From: Camelus dromedarius | Taxonomy: Eukaryota | Reading direction: 5' to 3' | Assembly: GCF_036321535.1 (NCBI RefSeq) | Contig: NC_087436.1 | Coordinates: 10,478,001-10,542,000 of the forward strand | DNA: 64,000 nucleotides | In this document: in pieces, positions 51,611 through 64,000 of the stretch | How the letters are laid out: the number at the start of each line of letters is the position of its first letter | Numbering within the stretch: the first letter of the stretch is position 1 | Notes under the pieces: model-generated | The model's database searches: none | Told to the model about the DNA's origin: nothing | Seen by the model: the letters and a program-made list of their open reading frames with translations, nothing else | Position numbers and translations under genes: made by a program

Positions 51611-52400
51611 TGTCAGGAATATGTTTGGCTTCAGGTTAAATTTTAAAAATAAAATAAAATAAAGGAGCTGTTATGGGCTAAATTGTGTCTTGCCGAAGTT
51701 TATATATTGAAGACCTAACCCCAGTAGCTTAAAATGACTTAGAATGACTATATTTGAAGAGAGGGCCATTCAAAAAGTAATTCAGGTAAAGTGAGGTCAT
51801 ATGCGTGAGCCCTAATCAATATGATTGGCTTCTGTATAAGAAGAGGAAATTTGGACTCAAACATGCACCACCTGAAGACAGAGATTTCTGTGGATACGTC
51901 AAGGAGAGAGGCCCCAGAGAAACCAACCCTTCTAACATCTTAACATCAGATTTCTGGCCTCCAGAATTGTGAGAAAATAAATTTCCAGTTTTTAAACTAT
52001 CCAGCCTATGGTACTTTGTTATGTGAACCCTCGCAAACTAACACAGAGGAGGTTAAGCAAGAAGTATTTCTTCTCTCAAGAAAAAAATAATCCTGAGCCT
52101 AGAACTGGTAAATCAGAACTGTGAAGTCCTCAGAAATACAGGTTCTTTCTAGCTTTCAGATCCAGCCATCACATCTGTATCCCAGCCAAGAGGAAGAAAA
52201 ACATGGGAGAAAAACCTGGCATCCAGCTTGTAAGGACATTTCTGCTTACAAACCATCGGCAGAATGGAGATACACCACCACATCTAGTTGCTGGGAGGGA
52301 GACTGGACACTGTGGTCATTATTTCAGAAAGTCAAATGCCCAGCTAAAAACTCAAGGTTCTCTTACTCAAAGAAAAGAACAGAATAGATATCGACAAAAA
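51611..52400 (-). mobile_element. Old MLT1(J/K-like) LTR split by MLT1B
   Basis: TGTCAGGAATATGTTTGGCT... left piece continues after 52045; highly diverged. Confidence 0.5.
51669..52045 (+). mobile_element. MLT1B-like MaLR LTR
   Basis: TGTTATGGGCTAAATTGTGTC...CCTCCAGAATTGTGAGAAAATAAATTTC...GCAAACTAACACA. Confidence 0.9.
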
Positions 52401-52476
52401 GGAACTGTCTTTTGTTTGAATCTGAACCAATAAAAGAAAGAAATGTCCTGTAATTATCCCCTAAATAGCCAGTAGC

Positions 52477-52530
52477 TTTTTTTTTTTTTTGAAGTATAGT
52501 CAGTTACAATGTGCCAATTTCTGGTGTACA
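52477..52530 (-). mobile_element. Tiny L1 3' terminus with tail
   Basis: T-run followed by GAAGTATAGTCAGTTACAATGTGCCAATTTCTGGTGTACA, similar to 63209-63252. Confidence 0.75.
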
Positions 52531-54827
52531 ACTTTTAAATGCAGATTTACCCAGAGCAGTATCGGCAGCACCATGGAATGCGAAGGAAGTGACATTTGAA
52601 ACTATCTTCGAAGACAGACTTAAGTGGAAAAAGACAAGATATACATACAAGACATTACACTTAAAATCCACAAGAGCTGGCTTTTGAACTGGACTTCAGT
52701 GTGGGTTATTCCATGGCTTTGACCATTTTCCTGGTTAATGCTACTTGTTAGCTGCAGCTCAATTCCGTGGTGATCCACATTGATCATTAAGACATTGAAT
52801 GACCCTTCTTCTTGTCTGTTGTCATGGAATAAGCAAAGCAGAACACAACAAAATAATCTTGTGGCCTGTCAGTAGGAGGCTGGTGTTTGCAAAGTTGTCC
52901 AGCGGCTGTAACCCTAATCCACGCAGATCAAAATGTGAGGCAGCAGGAATGATAGAAATTATTTAGAAAGTCATGTAGAGACTGTCACATGAAACAAAGC
53001 GTGTAAAACTACTTTGACAAATGTACAGAACTATGTAAACTAAAAGACACATGATTATAAAGCAAGTCACTTGTTAATTTCAAACAAGTCCCAGAAAGGC
53101 TTTTCCTAGATAAATGACACATTATGAAAGTTAAATTGTCCCATTATGATTTGCCATCAGATACAAGTTCTCTTTGTGGAACACAGTCTGCTGATAAATG
53201 GTATCTGAACGGATTTTTGAGACTTTAGGAGATTAAAGTCTTGGGCTTTTTAAATTACAAAGCTACACAAAAATGGAAGCTCTTATTATTTACCTCATTC
53301 TCCTTAACCAGTCCAAGTGCCCACAGTGCTAGAAGCCCCGTTATGTTTTATGCATTTTGTGTGAAGAACACATCTACTTAACGATGTTTGACATTAGCTT
53401 GAGGGCTTGTTGTTCTCTGTTTTTGATGATTATAGGGTTCTTGATTAATTTCTGTGCCCCCAAAAGAGGGACTTGCTTCTGCTCTAGTTTGTAATTAAAA
53501 TAAAAGCTGGCTTGTACTCAGAATATAGCCTGTTGCAGAAATGGTAACCGTCTTTCTCAGGGCTCTATTCCAAAGCCTAGAACTCTTTTCCTTGATCAGG
53601 GAAACTTTTTACTTCCCTACATTCAAGTCTTCAGATTCCACTACCACTGTGGAATCTTACATCACTCATGGCAAAGTGCCAGGAAATTCTCCTTGCCCTC
53701 GGCCATGATGTGCATTAAAAATAACGGCATTTAGCCCATACACTTGCTAGTCTATGTTTAACCTGTTTTTGATAAAGAGGACGATAACTGAAGAGAAACT
53801 GAGCTCAACCCTGCAATGACCATACTTGTATTTGATCCATGAAACTATCATAACACCCAGTTCTCCTGTTTCCTGGACACTGGTGCCCTAGCGTTCCCCC
53901 CCACCCCAGCATTTCTTACTGTCACTTAATTCGAACTGTCACCACAGTCTAAGTGCACAAACCCAGCACACCCTGGACATTAATAAATGTGAATTGATTA
54001 GACTTTTGCCTTTGATTCTCCTGATTATACATTCTTCATCATTTGCCCAGCAGGTGGGGGCAGGCTCTTAAAGCAAACAGAGGCTGAGTGACAGCAAGTT
54101 GGTCTCCATCCTTGGATTTGTTCTTTGTGTATTCGTAGAAATAAAGATTTTTTTTGACAGTTATTATTCAAGCTTTACATAATTTACATAGTCTATGGAA
54201 ATTTTCAAATTCTCTATTTAGGAGAGAATAGATACCAAAACTTATGAAAAAATCAATTTAAAAGTGACTTTTTACAACCTCCTTTACATTATCTAAACGT
54301 TCCTTAACTGTGGGCTAATTTTCCCTTCTTTTACAGACATTCTGATCAAATCTTTGGTAAAGTACCATTTCACGGAAGTGACAATCAAATTTTTTACAAT
54401 AAATATAATCTTGATAAACCTTTGAAAAACAGGCTTTTCCATTGTAATTCTGTCCTACTATAAGTGAATGGTTTTAATGCTCTCTGGGAAAGAAATTGCT
54501 TGACTTTTACAAATGTTTTCAGAAAGTAATGAATGCCTGTAAATAGTCACAAAAGCTTAATCCTCTCTCTGAATACTATTAAATACATACATGCAATAAA
54601 ACTGTCAGTGATAAAAGGAGATATTTACAAAAATGCAATTGTTAAGGTTTGAGATTTAGACACGGCTGCTTTTCCAATATTGACCAAAAAACCCAGAAAA
54701 TGAAAAGAATAGAGTATATGATTTTACGAAGATTAAGATTAAATTCAGAAAAAGAAATTGAGCTTTGTACCTTATTAAGAGTACATTTCAAGCACATGCT
54801 AAAAGTTTATTTTAAAAATCACTCAGA

Positions 54828-55712
54828 GATGGCCAACAGGCACAAGAAAAGATGCTCAATATCACTAATTATTAGGGAAATGCAAATCAAAACTACAATA
54901 AAGTATCACCTTACACCAGTCAGAATGGTCATCATCAAAAAGTCTACAAATAAATGAGAGGGTGTGGAGAAAAAGGAACCCTCCTACACTGTTGGTGGGA
55001 ATGTAAATTGGTACAGCCATATGGAGGACAGTATGGAGGTTCCTTAAAAAACTAAAAGTAGAGTTACCGTGTGATCCAGCAATCCCACTCCTGGACATAT
55101 ATCTGGAGAAAACTCTAATTCAAAAAGACACATGCACCCCAGTGTTCATAGTAGCACTATTTATAGTAGCCAAGACATGGAAGCAACCTAAATGTCCATC
55201 AACAGATGACTGGATAAAGAAGATGTGGTATATTTATAGAATGGAATAATACTCAGCCATAAAGAGAATAAAATAATGCTATTTGCAGCAACATGGATGG
55301 ACCTAGAAATTATCATATTGTGAAGTAAGTCAGACAGAGAAAGACAAATATCATATGATATCATTTATATGTGGAATCTAAAAAAAAATGATACAAATTT
55401 TATTTATAAGCCAGAAACAGACTCATGAACATAGAAAATAAACTATGGTTACCAAAGGGGAAGGGGCAGGGAGGGATAAATTAGGAGCTGGGGATTAACA
55501 GACACACATTACTATGTATAAAATAGATAAACAAGGACCTACTGTATAGAACAGGGAACTATATTCAATTTCTTGTAATAACATAAAATGGAAAAGAATC
55601 TGAAAAAAATGCATGCATTTATATATGTATAACTGAATTGCTTTGCCATACACCAGAAACTAACATTGTAAAGAAACTACACTTCAATAAAAAAAAATTT
55701 TTTAAATAACAA
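54828..55712 (+). mobile_element. 5'-truncated L1 (ORF2 C-terminus and 3' UTR)
   Basis: [23 protein letters not shown]...; perfect 14-bp TSD AAAAATCACTCAGA at 54814-54827 and 55713-55726 after TTT/AAAA. Confidence 0.96.
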
Positions 55713-56959
55713 AAAAATCACTCAGATATTAAGCTATTAAGAATGCCTGAAAATACTCCCCAAATCAGAAATTATACAGGTATACTATTTTAAACAACAT
55801 AATAAAATAGAAGCTTGTATTATATTAATAGTTCTTAAAACAAAAATGGTTCCTTTATTTAAAAAAAGATTTGTTTTTAAAAATATTTTTGACTGAAGAG
55901 GAAGCAAATCTTAAAAATACAGATTTTTAAGAAAATTATGATGTCAAAAAATTATAAATAAAGCTTAAGGAAAGTGATCAGGCTATATTTAGAGGTAAAT
56001 TCATCTTCTTAATTTTTTTAATTTTTAATTATATAAGGATGAATATAAATAAATTACACACTAGTTTCAAAAATCTCAGAACATGTCTAAAGAAGATATG
56101 AGAAAAGATAGATTAAAGATTGAACGTAAAATTCATAACTTTAAAAAGTATCTAAATTACTTTTTAAAAATAATAAATGTGAAATTGATAAATAAATCAG
56201 AAGGCTAGTTTTCTTGAGTAAGGGGATTAAATGGACAACATTCTGGCAAGTACAATAAAAATATCAACTGTTTCAAATTATTTTATAAATAGAATGTAAT
56301 TCTGATCAAAGTACCAGCAGTGTTTATAGTTTTTTCTTTAAGAAACAGATACATTTCTGAAGTTTATATGGAAAACTAGTAAGTAAGAACACCCAAAAAC
56401 TCTGGGGGAGATAAACGAATAATGAGTGAAGCTGGCAGATGATAAAAACCTTGATAGACAAATCTCTGTATTTTTTTCAGACTCCAGTCCTACTGCAGTG
56501 CTTCTGGCATTTTTGTTTCATGCGGGTGTGAACTCTTCCCTAGAGGCTGATAAACACTGGGTATGATTAGTGACCTTCAGCCATTATTGCAGGATAACTA
56601 TACTGAGTAATTTGAGCTGGTGGGTCTTACAAACAGCATGGCTGGGGTGAAGTGAGGCAGGGAGAGAAGCCAAAATAAATCTGGAGAGACAGGCGGGGCC
56701 AGATTGCCACCCAACATCACAAAACAAGGGGCGGTGTTTGTATATCTTGTTGTAAGAGCAATGGATGCTTGGCAGGGGTGGGCTGGCTAAAGGGGAACTG
56801 TTTAGTTTCATTTAAAGAAAAAAAAGTTCATTGTGATCTCATGTGAAGATTCAAATGGGAGAGGAAAAGATTGGAAAGGGGGATGAAGAGGGAAGGAGAG
56901 AAATTAAGAAAATTCCTAGGTTGCTTTGAAATTAAAAAAAAAAAAAAAAAGGAACAGAT

Positions 56960-57930
56960 GCTTCCTTAATATGATGTGATGAAATGACACTTTATCTCTG
57001 TGATCTTTCTCCCCAAAACCCATAACCCCAGTTTAATTACGAGAAAAAAAAATCAGAAAAAAACCCAATAGAAGGGCATCCCACTGTCCACCTCAAAACT
57101 GTCAAGGTCATCAAAAGTGAGGAAAGCCTGAGGAACCGTCAGAGCCAAGAGATGCCTACAGAGACGTGACCACTAAATGAGATGTGTACCCCACATGGGA
57201 TCCCAGGTCAGAAAAAAAACATTAGAAAAAGTAAGAAAACCTAAATAAACTATGCACTTTAGTTAATAATAACATATTAATACAGTTATAACTGAGCAGG
57301 ACCCTGTAGAGCCTTCCAGGGTCAGAACCCTCCCCCACGTCCTATGCTGTAGCTCCTGTCTGAAGTACCCAGATTGTAGCATCTCACGTATATTTCTTGA
57401 ATGTTTCAGATGCTGAAAACCACCACCAAAGTGAAGAAATTAACTACTTGATGATGAAGAGCATGTGATGATGGCTCCCAGACCTTCTGGTGACCAGGGG
57501 TTGATTGTGTTGACCACCCTGTTCCTTTGACATCAACCAATCAGAGGACTGCGCACGAGCTGATCACGTATTCTGCGACCCCACCCCCTCCACTTGCCTT
57601 TAAATATGATTCACTGAAACCCTTCAGGGAGTTTGGGGTTTTCCTGGGCATGAGCCAACCTGTCCTCCTTCCTCGGCCCTGCAGTAAACCTTTCTCTGCT
57701 CCAAACTCTGACATTTCAGTTTGTTTGGCCTCATGGTGCAGTGGGCATATGAACTTGCCTTTGGTCACAAAGGTTTATTAATTATAACACGTGGACTGTA
57801 TTAGTGCAATTTGGTTTTAATAATAGGGAAAACTGTGGGAGAGGTAGGTGGACGCCCTCTCTACTATCTTCTCAATTTTTCTGTAAATCTAATACTGCTC
57901 TAAAAATAAAGTCTATTAATAAAAAAAAAA
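56960..57930 (+). mobile_element. L1MC-type 3' UTR containing an LTR
   Basis: CTCAAAACTGTCAAGGTCATCAAA motif; 3' end TTTTTCTGTAAATCTAA...AAAAATAAAGTC plus A-tail. Confidence 0.8.
57287..57769 (+). mobile_element. ERV1-class solo LTR related to 37505-38143
   Basis: Starts TATAACTGAGCAGGACCCTG; shares AACCACCACCAAAGTGAAGAAATTAACT and ACCAATC.GA.GACTG-type motifs with 37505-38143. Confidence 0.8.
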
Positions 57931-58792
57931 GAATGCATTGTCTATTGAACTGATTTATTAAAATAGGGAGTTGCCAGAATAGTTCTGTGGCCCCTAAAAA
58001 TTCAGCTGGTAAGATCAGTCCGTGTTGGCCTGGCTCTGAGAGACCTGTCTTTGATTTCCTACTTGACCAGTGGTTAGATTCCAAAACCTTTTGCTTTAAA
58101 AACGTGGGCATGGAAGGTTTAATTCTAGTACCTCACTGGGGGTTACAAAGAACAGAAATGAGTTCTCTGACCACTGGGACAGTCAGGTCTCCCCACTAAA
58201 CTCTGTAAGAATCTGAGTTGAATCTGTTGTAAACTGCTCAGAGAGACCATGAGGCTCAGAGACCAAATAACTGCCAGAGTCCAGTAGGATTATCTATGTT
58301 CCTGGGAAAAATGTGTATCAGTACATGGGACTGTGGAGCTGGACCAGGGCAGGTAGAAAGCAGAAATCACCTTTTCATTTAATGTTAGTTTCCCATAGTC
58401 TTTCAAATGATGAATCCCCATAAACTGCTCCAGGTCCTAAAACATCTGTCCCAGAGCCAGGGACCTCCTTTACTTCTAGGTGCCAAGGAAAGGAAAACCG
58501 GCACCAAAATTAGAAGTCATTCCACTCTAGCACAATAGAGGTCATTCTAAGAACGATGGCAGGCCAGAATCTGAGAAGACAGGGACACAGGTGTGCAAGG
58601 ACACGGGAGTGCAAGTAGAAGGAATTAAGAGAAAAGGCAGTTCTGAAAATACATCCCCCAAATGGCTAGAAATATAACCACCGCTTTCCTGATGGTCCCA
58701 CAAGTCACAGAAATTATCTCACGAGACACTCAGTGGGCTAAATTCTCTATGGCACCATCAGACAAGTAACTACAGGTAACTTCTCTGTGTGA

Positions 58793-59895
58793 TTATTTTT
58801 CATAGACTTTTAGAGTCATTTTAGGTTCACAGCAAAATTGAGCAGAAGGTACAGATTCCTCATACAACCCCTGCCCCTACATACTCACAGCCTCCCACCA
58901 TCCAGGTCCTGCACCAGAAGCATCACGTTCATTACGATTGATGAACTTACACTGATATATCATTATTACCCAAAGGAAGACCAGAGTTTACATTAGGGTT
59001 CATTCTTGGTGTCATTCATTCTGTGAGTTTTGACAAATGGATAATGATACACAGTCACCGTTACAATATCACATAGAATAATTCCACTGCCCTAAAAATC
59101 TTCCCCAATTCATCCTTCCTCGTCCTCCACCCCAGCAACCACAGATCCTTCACTGTCTCCATAGTTTTGCCTTTTCCAGAATCTCATATAGCTGGAATCA
59201 TGCAGTGTGTAACCTTCTCAGATTGGCTTCTTTCACTTAGTGATATGCATTTGGGGTTATTCCATGTCTTTTCATAGCTTGATAGCTCATTTCTTTTTAG
59301 CACTGAATAATATTCCATTGGCTGTATTACAGTTTATTTATCCATGCACTTTCTGAAGGACATCTTGGTTGCTCCCAAGTTTTGGCAATTATGAATAAAG
59401 TTGCTATAAGCATATGTGTGTAGGCTTATGCATGGGCATATGTTTTCAATTCCTTTGGGTAAATACCAAAAAACAAGATTACTAGATCTTATGGTAAGAG
59501 TATATTTAGTTCTGTAAGAAACTGCCAAAATGATTTGCAAAGCAACTGTTCCGTGTTGAATTCCCATCAGCAATGAAAGAGAGTTCCTGTTGCTCCACAT
59601 CCTCGTCCGTATTTGGTGTTGTCAGCGTTTTGGGTTTTGGCCATTCTGATAAGTATCTCACTGCTTTAATTTGCTACTCATGATCCTGAACATCTTTTGT
59701 ATGATTATTTGCCATCTATATGTTTTCTTTGGTGAGGTATTGTTTCTTTGGCCCATATTTTAATGAGGTTGTTCATTTTCATATTATGTTGAATTTTACG
59801 AGTTCTTTGTACATTTTGGGGACAAGACCTTTATCAGACGCATCTTTTGCAAATGTCTTTTTCTAATCTGTGGCTTGTCTTATCATTCTCCTCTA
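58793..59895 (-). mobile_element. Old L1 (L1MB/MC-type) 3' part
   Basis: TTTTAGGTTCACAGCAAAATTGAGCAGAAGGTACAGA 3' end; antisense ORF2 C-terminal remnants. Confidence 0.88.
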
Positions 59896-62800
59896 CGTTA
59901 TATCTTTTACAGGATGCACTCTAAAAGAAATCAATATAAAGTTACTTGCAATCAACTAAAAGGGTGTTAAGTAAGGAGGGCAAAATGTGAGAATGTGAAA
60001 ATCTAGCTTGTTTGAGAATCTAGCACATTTGATTTGGACAGTGTGTGGCAATAAAAAGTAAGTGATAAAAAAAAAAACTGCATCTTCAGAAATACACAAC
60101 TTTACTTCATAATTATGGACGTTTTCACCCATCAGAATGTGCCTAACTTTTTCCCTCTTTCCTGGCAAAAAAAGTTTATGCTGGGAGTCTATTTATCATT
60201 CATTCATTTATTTAGTTGTTGTGTGTTTATTTTTGCTAACGTGTGGGTTAACTGAGGATTAATTGGTTAGAAATCAGCAGTGAGGAGCAATGTATTAGTT
60301 GTTGAAGGTAAGCTCTGTGAAAAAAATAAAATACTTTTTGGCATCAGTTTATGTGTGTTTCTCCATCAGTGTGAGTTTTGTGCCGGGATGTTTATAATGG
60401 TTTGCCCTCAGTAAATACGCTCTCCTGTAGTATGAACTCATGAGAAATTAAATTGTTTCTAACAGGAGTTTGTTCCTTGTTTTTTCCCATAGGGAGATAT
60501 ACTGTTGCAAGGTCAGAAACATTCCTCTAGCAAAGGCTGTTTCCTTTTTACTTAAGAAACTATGTTGACACATGAGATGATATTGATTTCTTCTTAAAAT
60601 TATGAGCAGAAATCCAGAGAGTTATGACTGATTCACGAATGCTATTATGGATTGAATTTCATGAAGAGTAAAGTAGTTTTTGTTTTAAACTCTGCTGTGA
60701 AAATCCTGGAGAAAGATGTTAGATCTGGTCAGAGTTAAAACAAACAAACAAACAAAAAGATGTCCTTCAAGAAGGGTAGGAGTAGATACTTCCATTAAGA
60801 AAACAATTAACAACACAATAGGAAAATGGATACAAACATAATTCTCAAAAAAAAAAAGGAAGTAAAATATAAAACATTTAAAATATTGTACTGAAAATTA
60901 CAAATTAGCCAAAAAGATGTTTTACCTATTTGATTAAGAAGGATATAAAAATGAGAATGTCTTGAACTGGAAAGTTTATGCATATGTACATCTTTCTTTC
61001 AGTATATTTTCCTTTATTTTCTCCAATTTTGAACAACGAACAGAAATTATTTATAATTAGAAATAAATAGATTAACTTAATTTTTAAAAAAATTCTAAAA
61101 GATGTATTTTAAAGGACTTCCATTTTTGCTATCATTACACCCAATTATATAGCTCAGTCTAATGAACTGTATACAGTTGGGATGTGAATTCTATTATATC
61201 AATGTATTTATTCTCAAGAGAGCTTGCTAAAATTTTTTGATAACTCAAGATATCCAGAAATATTTTAACCAGTCTCTTGAACTGGAAAACTGATTTTAGT
61301 ATCATGTTTTAAGGACCCCTCTGTTTGAATGGCATTTAATAGTCAGTGGATGACATTAGAGCTAGGAACCTACAGGAACACAGATGCGTCACGTAGAAAA
61401 AGACCACCACTCAATCTGATTCTGCTCTTCATGGAGCGTGATCTTGGTAAAAACTTAAATCTTCCTAATTGCGTATCTTTACCTTCAATATGAGGATAAT
61501 GACGAATTTTTCATGGGCTTCTTAGTAAGATTATCAGGATTATCTTAAAATGAGATAACCACATTCGTAAGACCATCGTAGGGATGGTATTCAAAGATAG
61601 AACCACTTTGTGGTTCCCAGATCAGTGAGGAAATGGTAGATGGTGTAGTTAGAAATGGTCTGAGGCCAAGCTCTGCTTTCTTTACTCAGCATAAACACAC
61701 AGCAGGGAACACGGGCTTAACACAGTTCGTGTGTAAGAACAAGCATACCCAAGATTTGTTCACCTTCCTGCAAGAATTAGTCTGTAAGAACTCTCCTGGT
61801 TGGTAAGGGATGCTGGATTTGGAAGCATTTTTGCCATAATCTCAAATTTCAATTGAAATTTTGGAATATGTTCAGTGAAATGAGTTACTGAGTCTTCTTG
61901 GAAAAATAAGTCTTAAGGATAATCACATCTCTATGCTTTCTGTTTGAATTTCCAGGACTGAGCAGACTTTTAATTAGTGTGAGCTGAACAATGAAAGAAC
62001 ATCTTACAAACCAAGAACGCCTGAGAAGTCAAAAGGATTCAACCAAAAACACTGAACTGGCTACAATTTAGAAAATACAATTTGTAAAGTTTTAATAATG
62101 TCAAATTTGAATACCAAAATGATTTGAAAAGGTTTAGCAAGTTCCAATCCTGGCTTATATCAAAGCACTGTTCTCCAAACAGACTGATAGCAAATGTCTT
62201 GTTTCTAAGGACAGCAAAGTGAGGCTACAACAATTTAAGATACTGAATAAGAAATTTAAATGAGCAGAAAAGGAAAACACAGCCTGATAAAAATGTTCTT
62301 AAACAGCACAGGATGACATGAATTGCGATAGGAACTAATTCCCCTGACGATGTTTGGAAATTGAGGAGCCCTTCATTCAGTTGCAAGAGCTTAAGTTTAA
62401 TCTCGCCTAAGGATAACACTAAAACTCCTCTCATGGTTTCAGACTTAAGATGTTTATGAGTCTACATTGGGGCTGACTTAAGTCATGAGCTCAACAGAAA
62501 GGATGTAAATCCAGAAGTTTGTATTTCTGCTCTATTTTTTGCCTTTAATCCAAGGGCACTATATGGTGAATTCTAAAAACTGAGACTCGTCATGGATGTG
62601 GGTGTTTGTAAACAATTTGACCACCACTAGAGCCCTCTCATAATGACTCAATGTTAACAGAGCAAAGTAAGACAGTATAATTATATTTAATATGGTAAGA
62701 AAGAGTAAGAATGTATTTCAACGGTAATTCAGTGGTGAAATATTTTTCTCAGAATATTACAGCTGTGTTGGATAAAAAAAAGAGACAAAAATAAAAATGA

Positions 62801-62931
62801 TACCATGATAAAGAAAAAAAATCAATTTTTGATTTATCAGAACTGTTTAATTCTTGGGAAAACCAGAATTAAACTTTTGGAGGAAAATGTGACTGTTATT
62901 TCTTTCAATCTGCTAAATTAGATAATACACT

Positions 62932-63013
62932 TTTTAAAAATTTAAAATTTTTTATTGAAGTATAGTTGATTTACAATGCTATGTAGTTTCAGGTGCACAG
63001 CAAAATAATTCAG

Positions 63014-63050
<37 letters not shown>

Positions 63051-63174
63051 TATATATTCTTTTTTCAGATTCCTTTTCATTACAGGTTATTACAAGATAC
63101 TGGATATAGTTCCCTGTGCTGTATAGGGGGTCCTTGTTATTTATCTATAGTGTTTATATGTTAATCCCAAACTC
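62932..63174 (-). mobile_element. L1 3'-end fragment with (CA)n at 63016-63046
   Basis: Same 3' terminus type as 17860-18092; flanked by TAATA(C/T)ACT. Confidence 0.88.
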
Positions 63175-63184
63175 CTAATATACT

Positions 63185-63645
63185 ATTTTTAAGTTTTATT
63201 TTTTAATTGAAGTATAGTCAGTTTATGGTATTGTGTCAATTTCTGGTGTACACCATAATGTTTCAGTCAAACATACACATACATGTATTCTTTTTCATTA
63301 TAGGTTACTTCAAGATACTGCATAGTTTCCTGTGCTATACAGACGAAACTTGTTTATTTTATGCAGTTAGTATCTGCAAATCTCAAACTTCCAATTTATC
63401 CCTCCCCATCTCCTTTCTCCTGGTAACCATAAATTTGTTTTCTGTGTCTGTGAGTCTGTTTCTGTTTTGTATATAATTTCGTTTGTCTTTTTTTTCCCCC
63501 AGATTCCACCTGTAAGTGCTATCATATGGTATTTTTCTTTCTCTTTCTCATTTACTTCACTTAGAATGATGATCTCCAGGTCTATCCATGTTGCAGCAAA
63601 TGGCATTATTTTGTTCTTTTTATGACTGAGTAGTATTCCATTGTA
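63185..63645 (-). mobile_element. Second L1 3'-end fragment directly adjacent to the first
   Basis: ORF2 C-terminus (PFAATWIDLEIIILSEV) and 3' UTR; TSD CTAATATACT at 63175-63184 and 63646-63655. Confidence 0.92.
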
Positions 63646-64000
63646 CTAATATACTTTTAAGTTGAGAAAAAATTCTCAAGAATCTTGAATGCTTGGAAAG
63701 GTGCTCTGAACCTCCCACACCTTATAAACAAGAACACAACAACAACATTGGATTTTTCATTTTAAACCAATTTTCTGTACTAAACAAAATATAAGTTTCC
63801 ATTGGCTATTACATAGTGAGGTGTACCAGCCTGCAGGACTTTACCAGAATGTCTCTGGCAGCCAGGTTTCCCAAAACACACAGAAAGCCTGGTGAGCATG
63901 TTTAATTCATCCATTGGTCAGTTCTGTGAACACCTGGGTGTTGGATTAGCGGTGTTTGATTTGATAGCGTTTGAATTTCAAATGTCTCTGTAGTGTATTC

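Noticed and set aside
1..64000. CRISPR arrays, operons, prokaryotic defence systems, intact provirus
   Set aside because: Sequence is mammalian and repeat-rich; no repeat-spacer array, no gag/pol/env, and all LTRs are solo

Overview
Mammalian genomic DNA, very likely camelid (camel/alpaca/llama), based on two tRNA-Ala-derived vic-1-type SINEs and the L1 types present. About half the window is interspersed repeat: several L1 generations, L2, MIR, ERV1/ERVL/MaLR solo LTRs and hAT MITEs (MER53, MER3, MER58). Many are nested, and several have readable target-site duplications (TSDs). I found no recognisable host protein-coding exon; the long ORFs are L1 ORF2 remnants, antisense L1 frames, simple-repeat frames or chance ORFs. 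The main non-repeat element is a CpG-rich promoter-like block at ~9.1-9.8 kb with strong splice signals on both strands; I could not name its gene. I did not find a convincing new biological system. The best leads are: two independent L1 insertions sharing the same ORF2 stop and frameshift; a SINE plus L1-tail chimera inside one TSD pair; an internally deleted, 3'-less L1 apparently bounded by a TSD; two L1s stacked at one target site; a MER53 hairpin retaining a miR-1302-like seed; and a recursive-splice-like AG|GTAAGA site. Repeat family names are from recalled consensus sequences, not from a database search.
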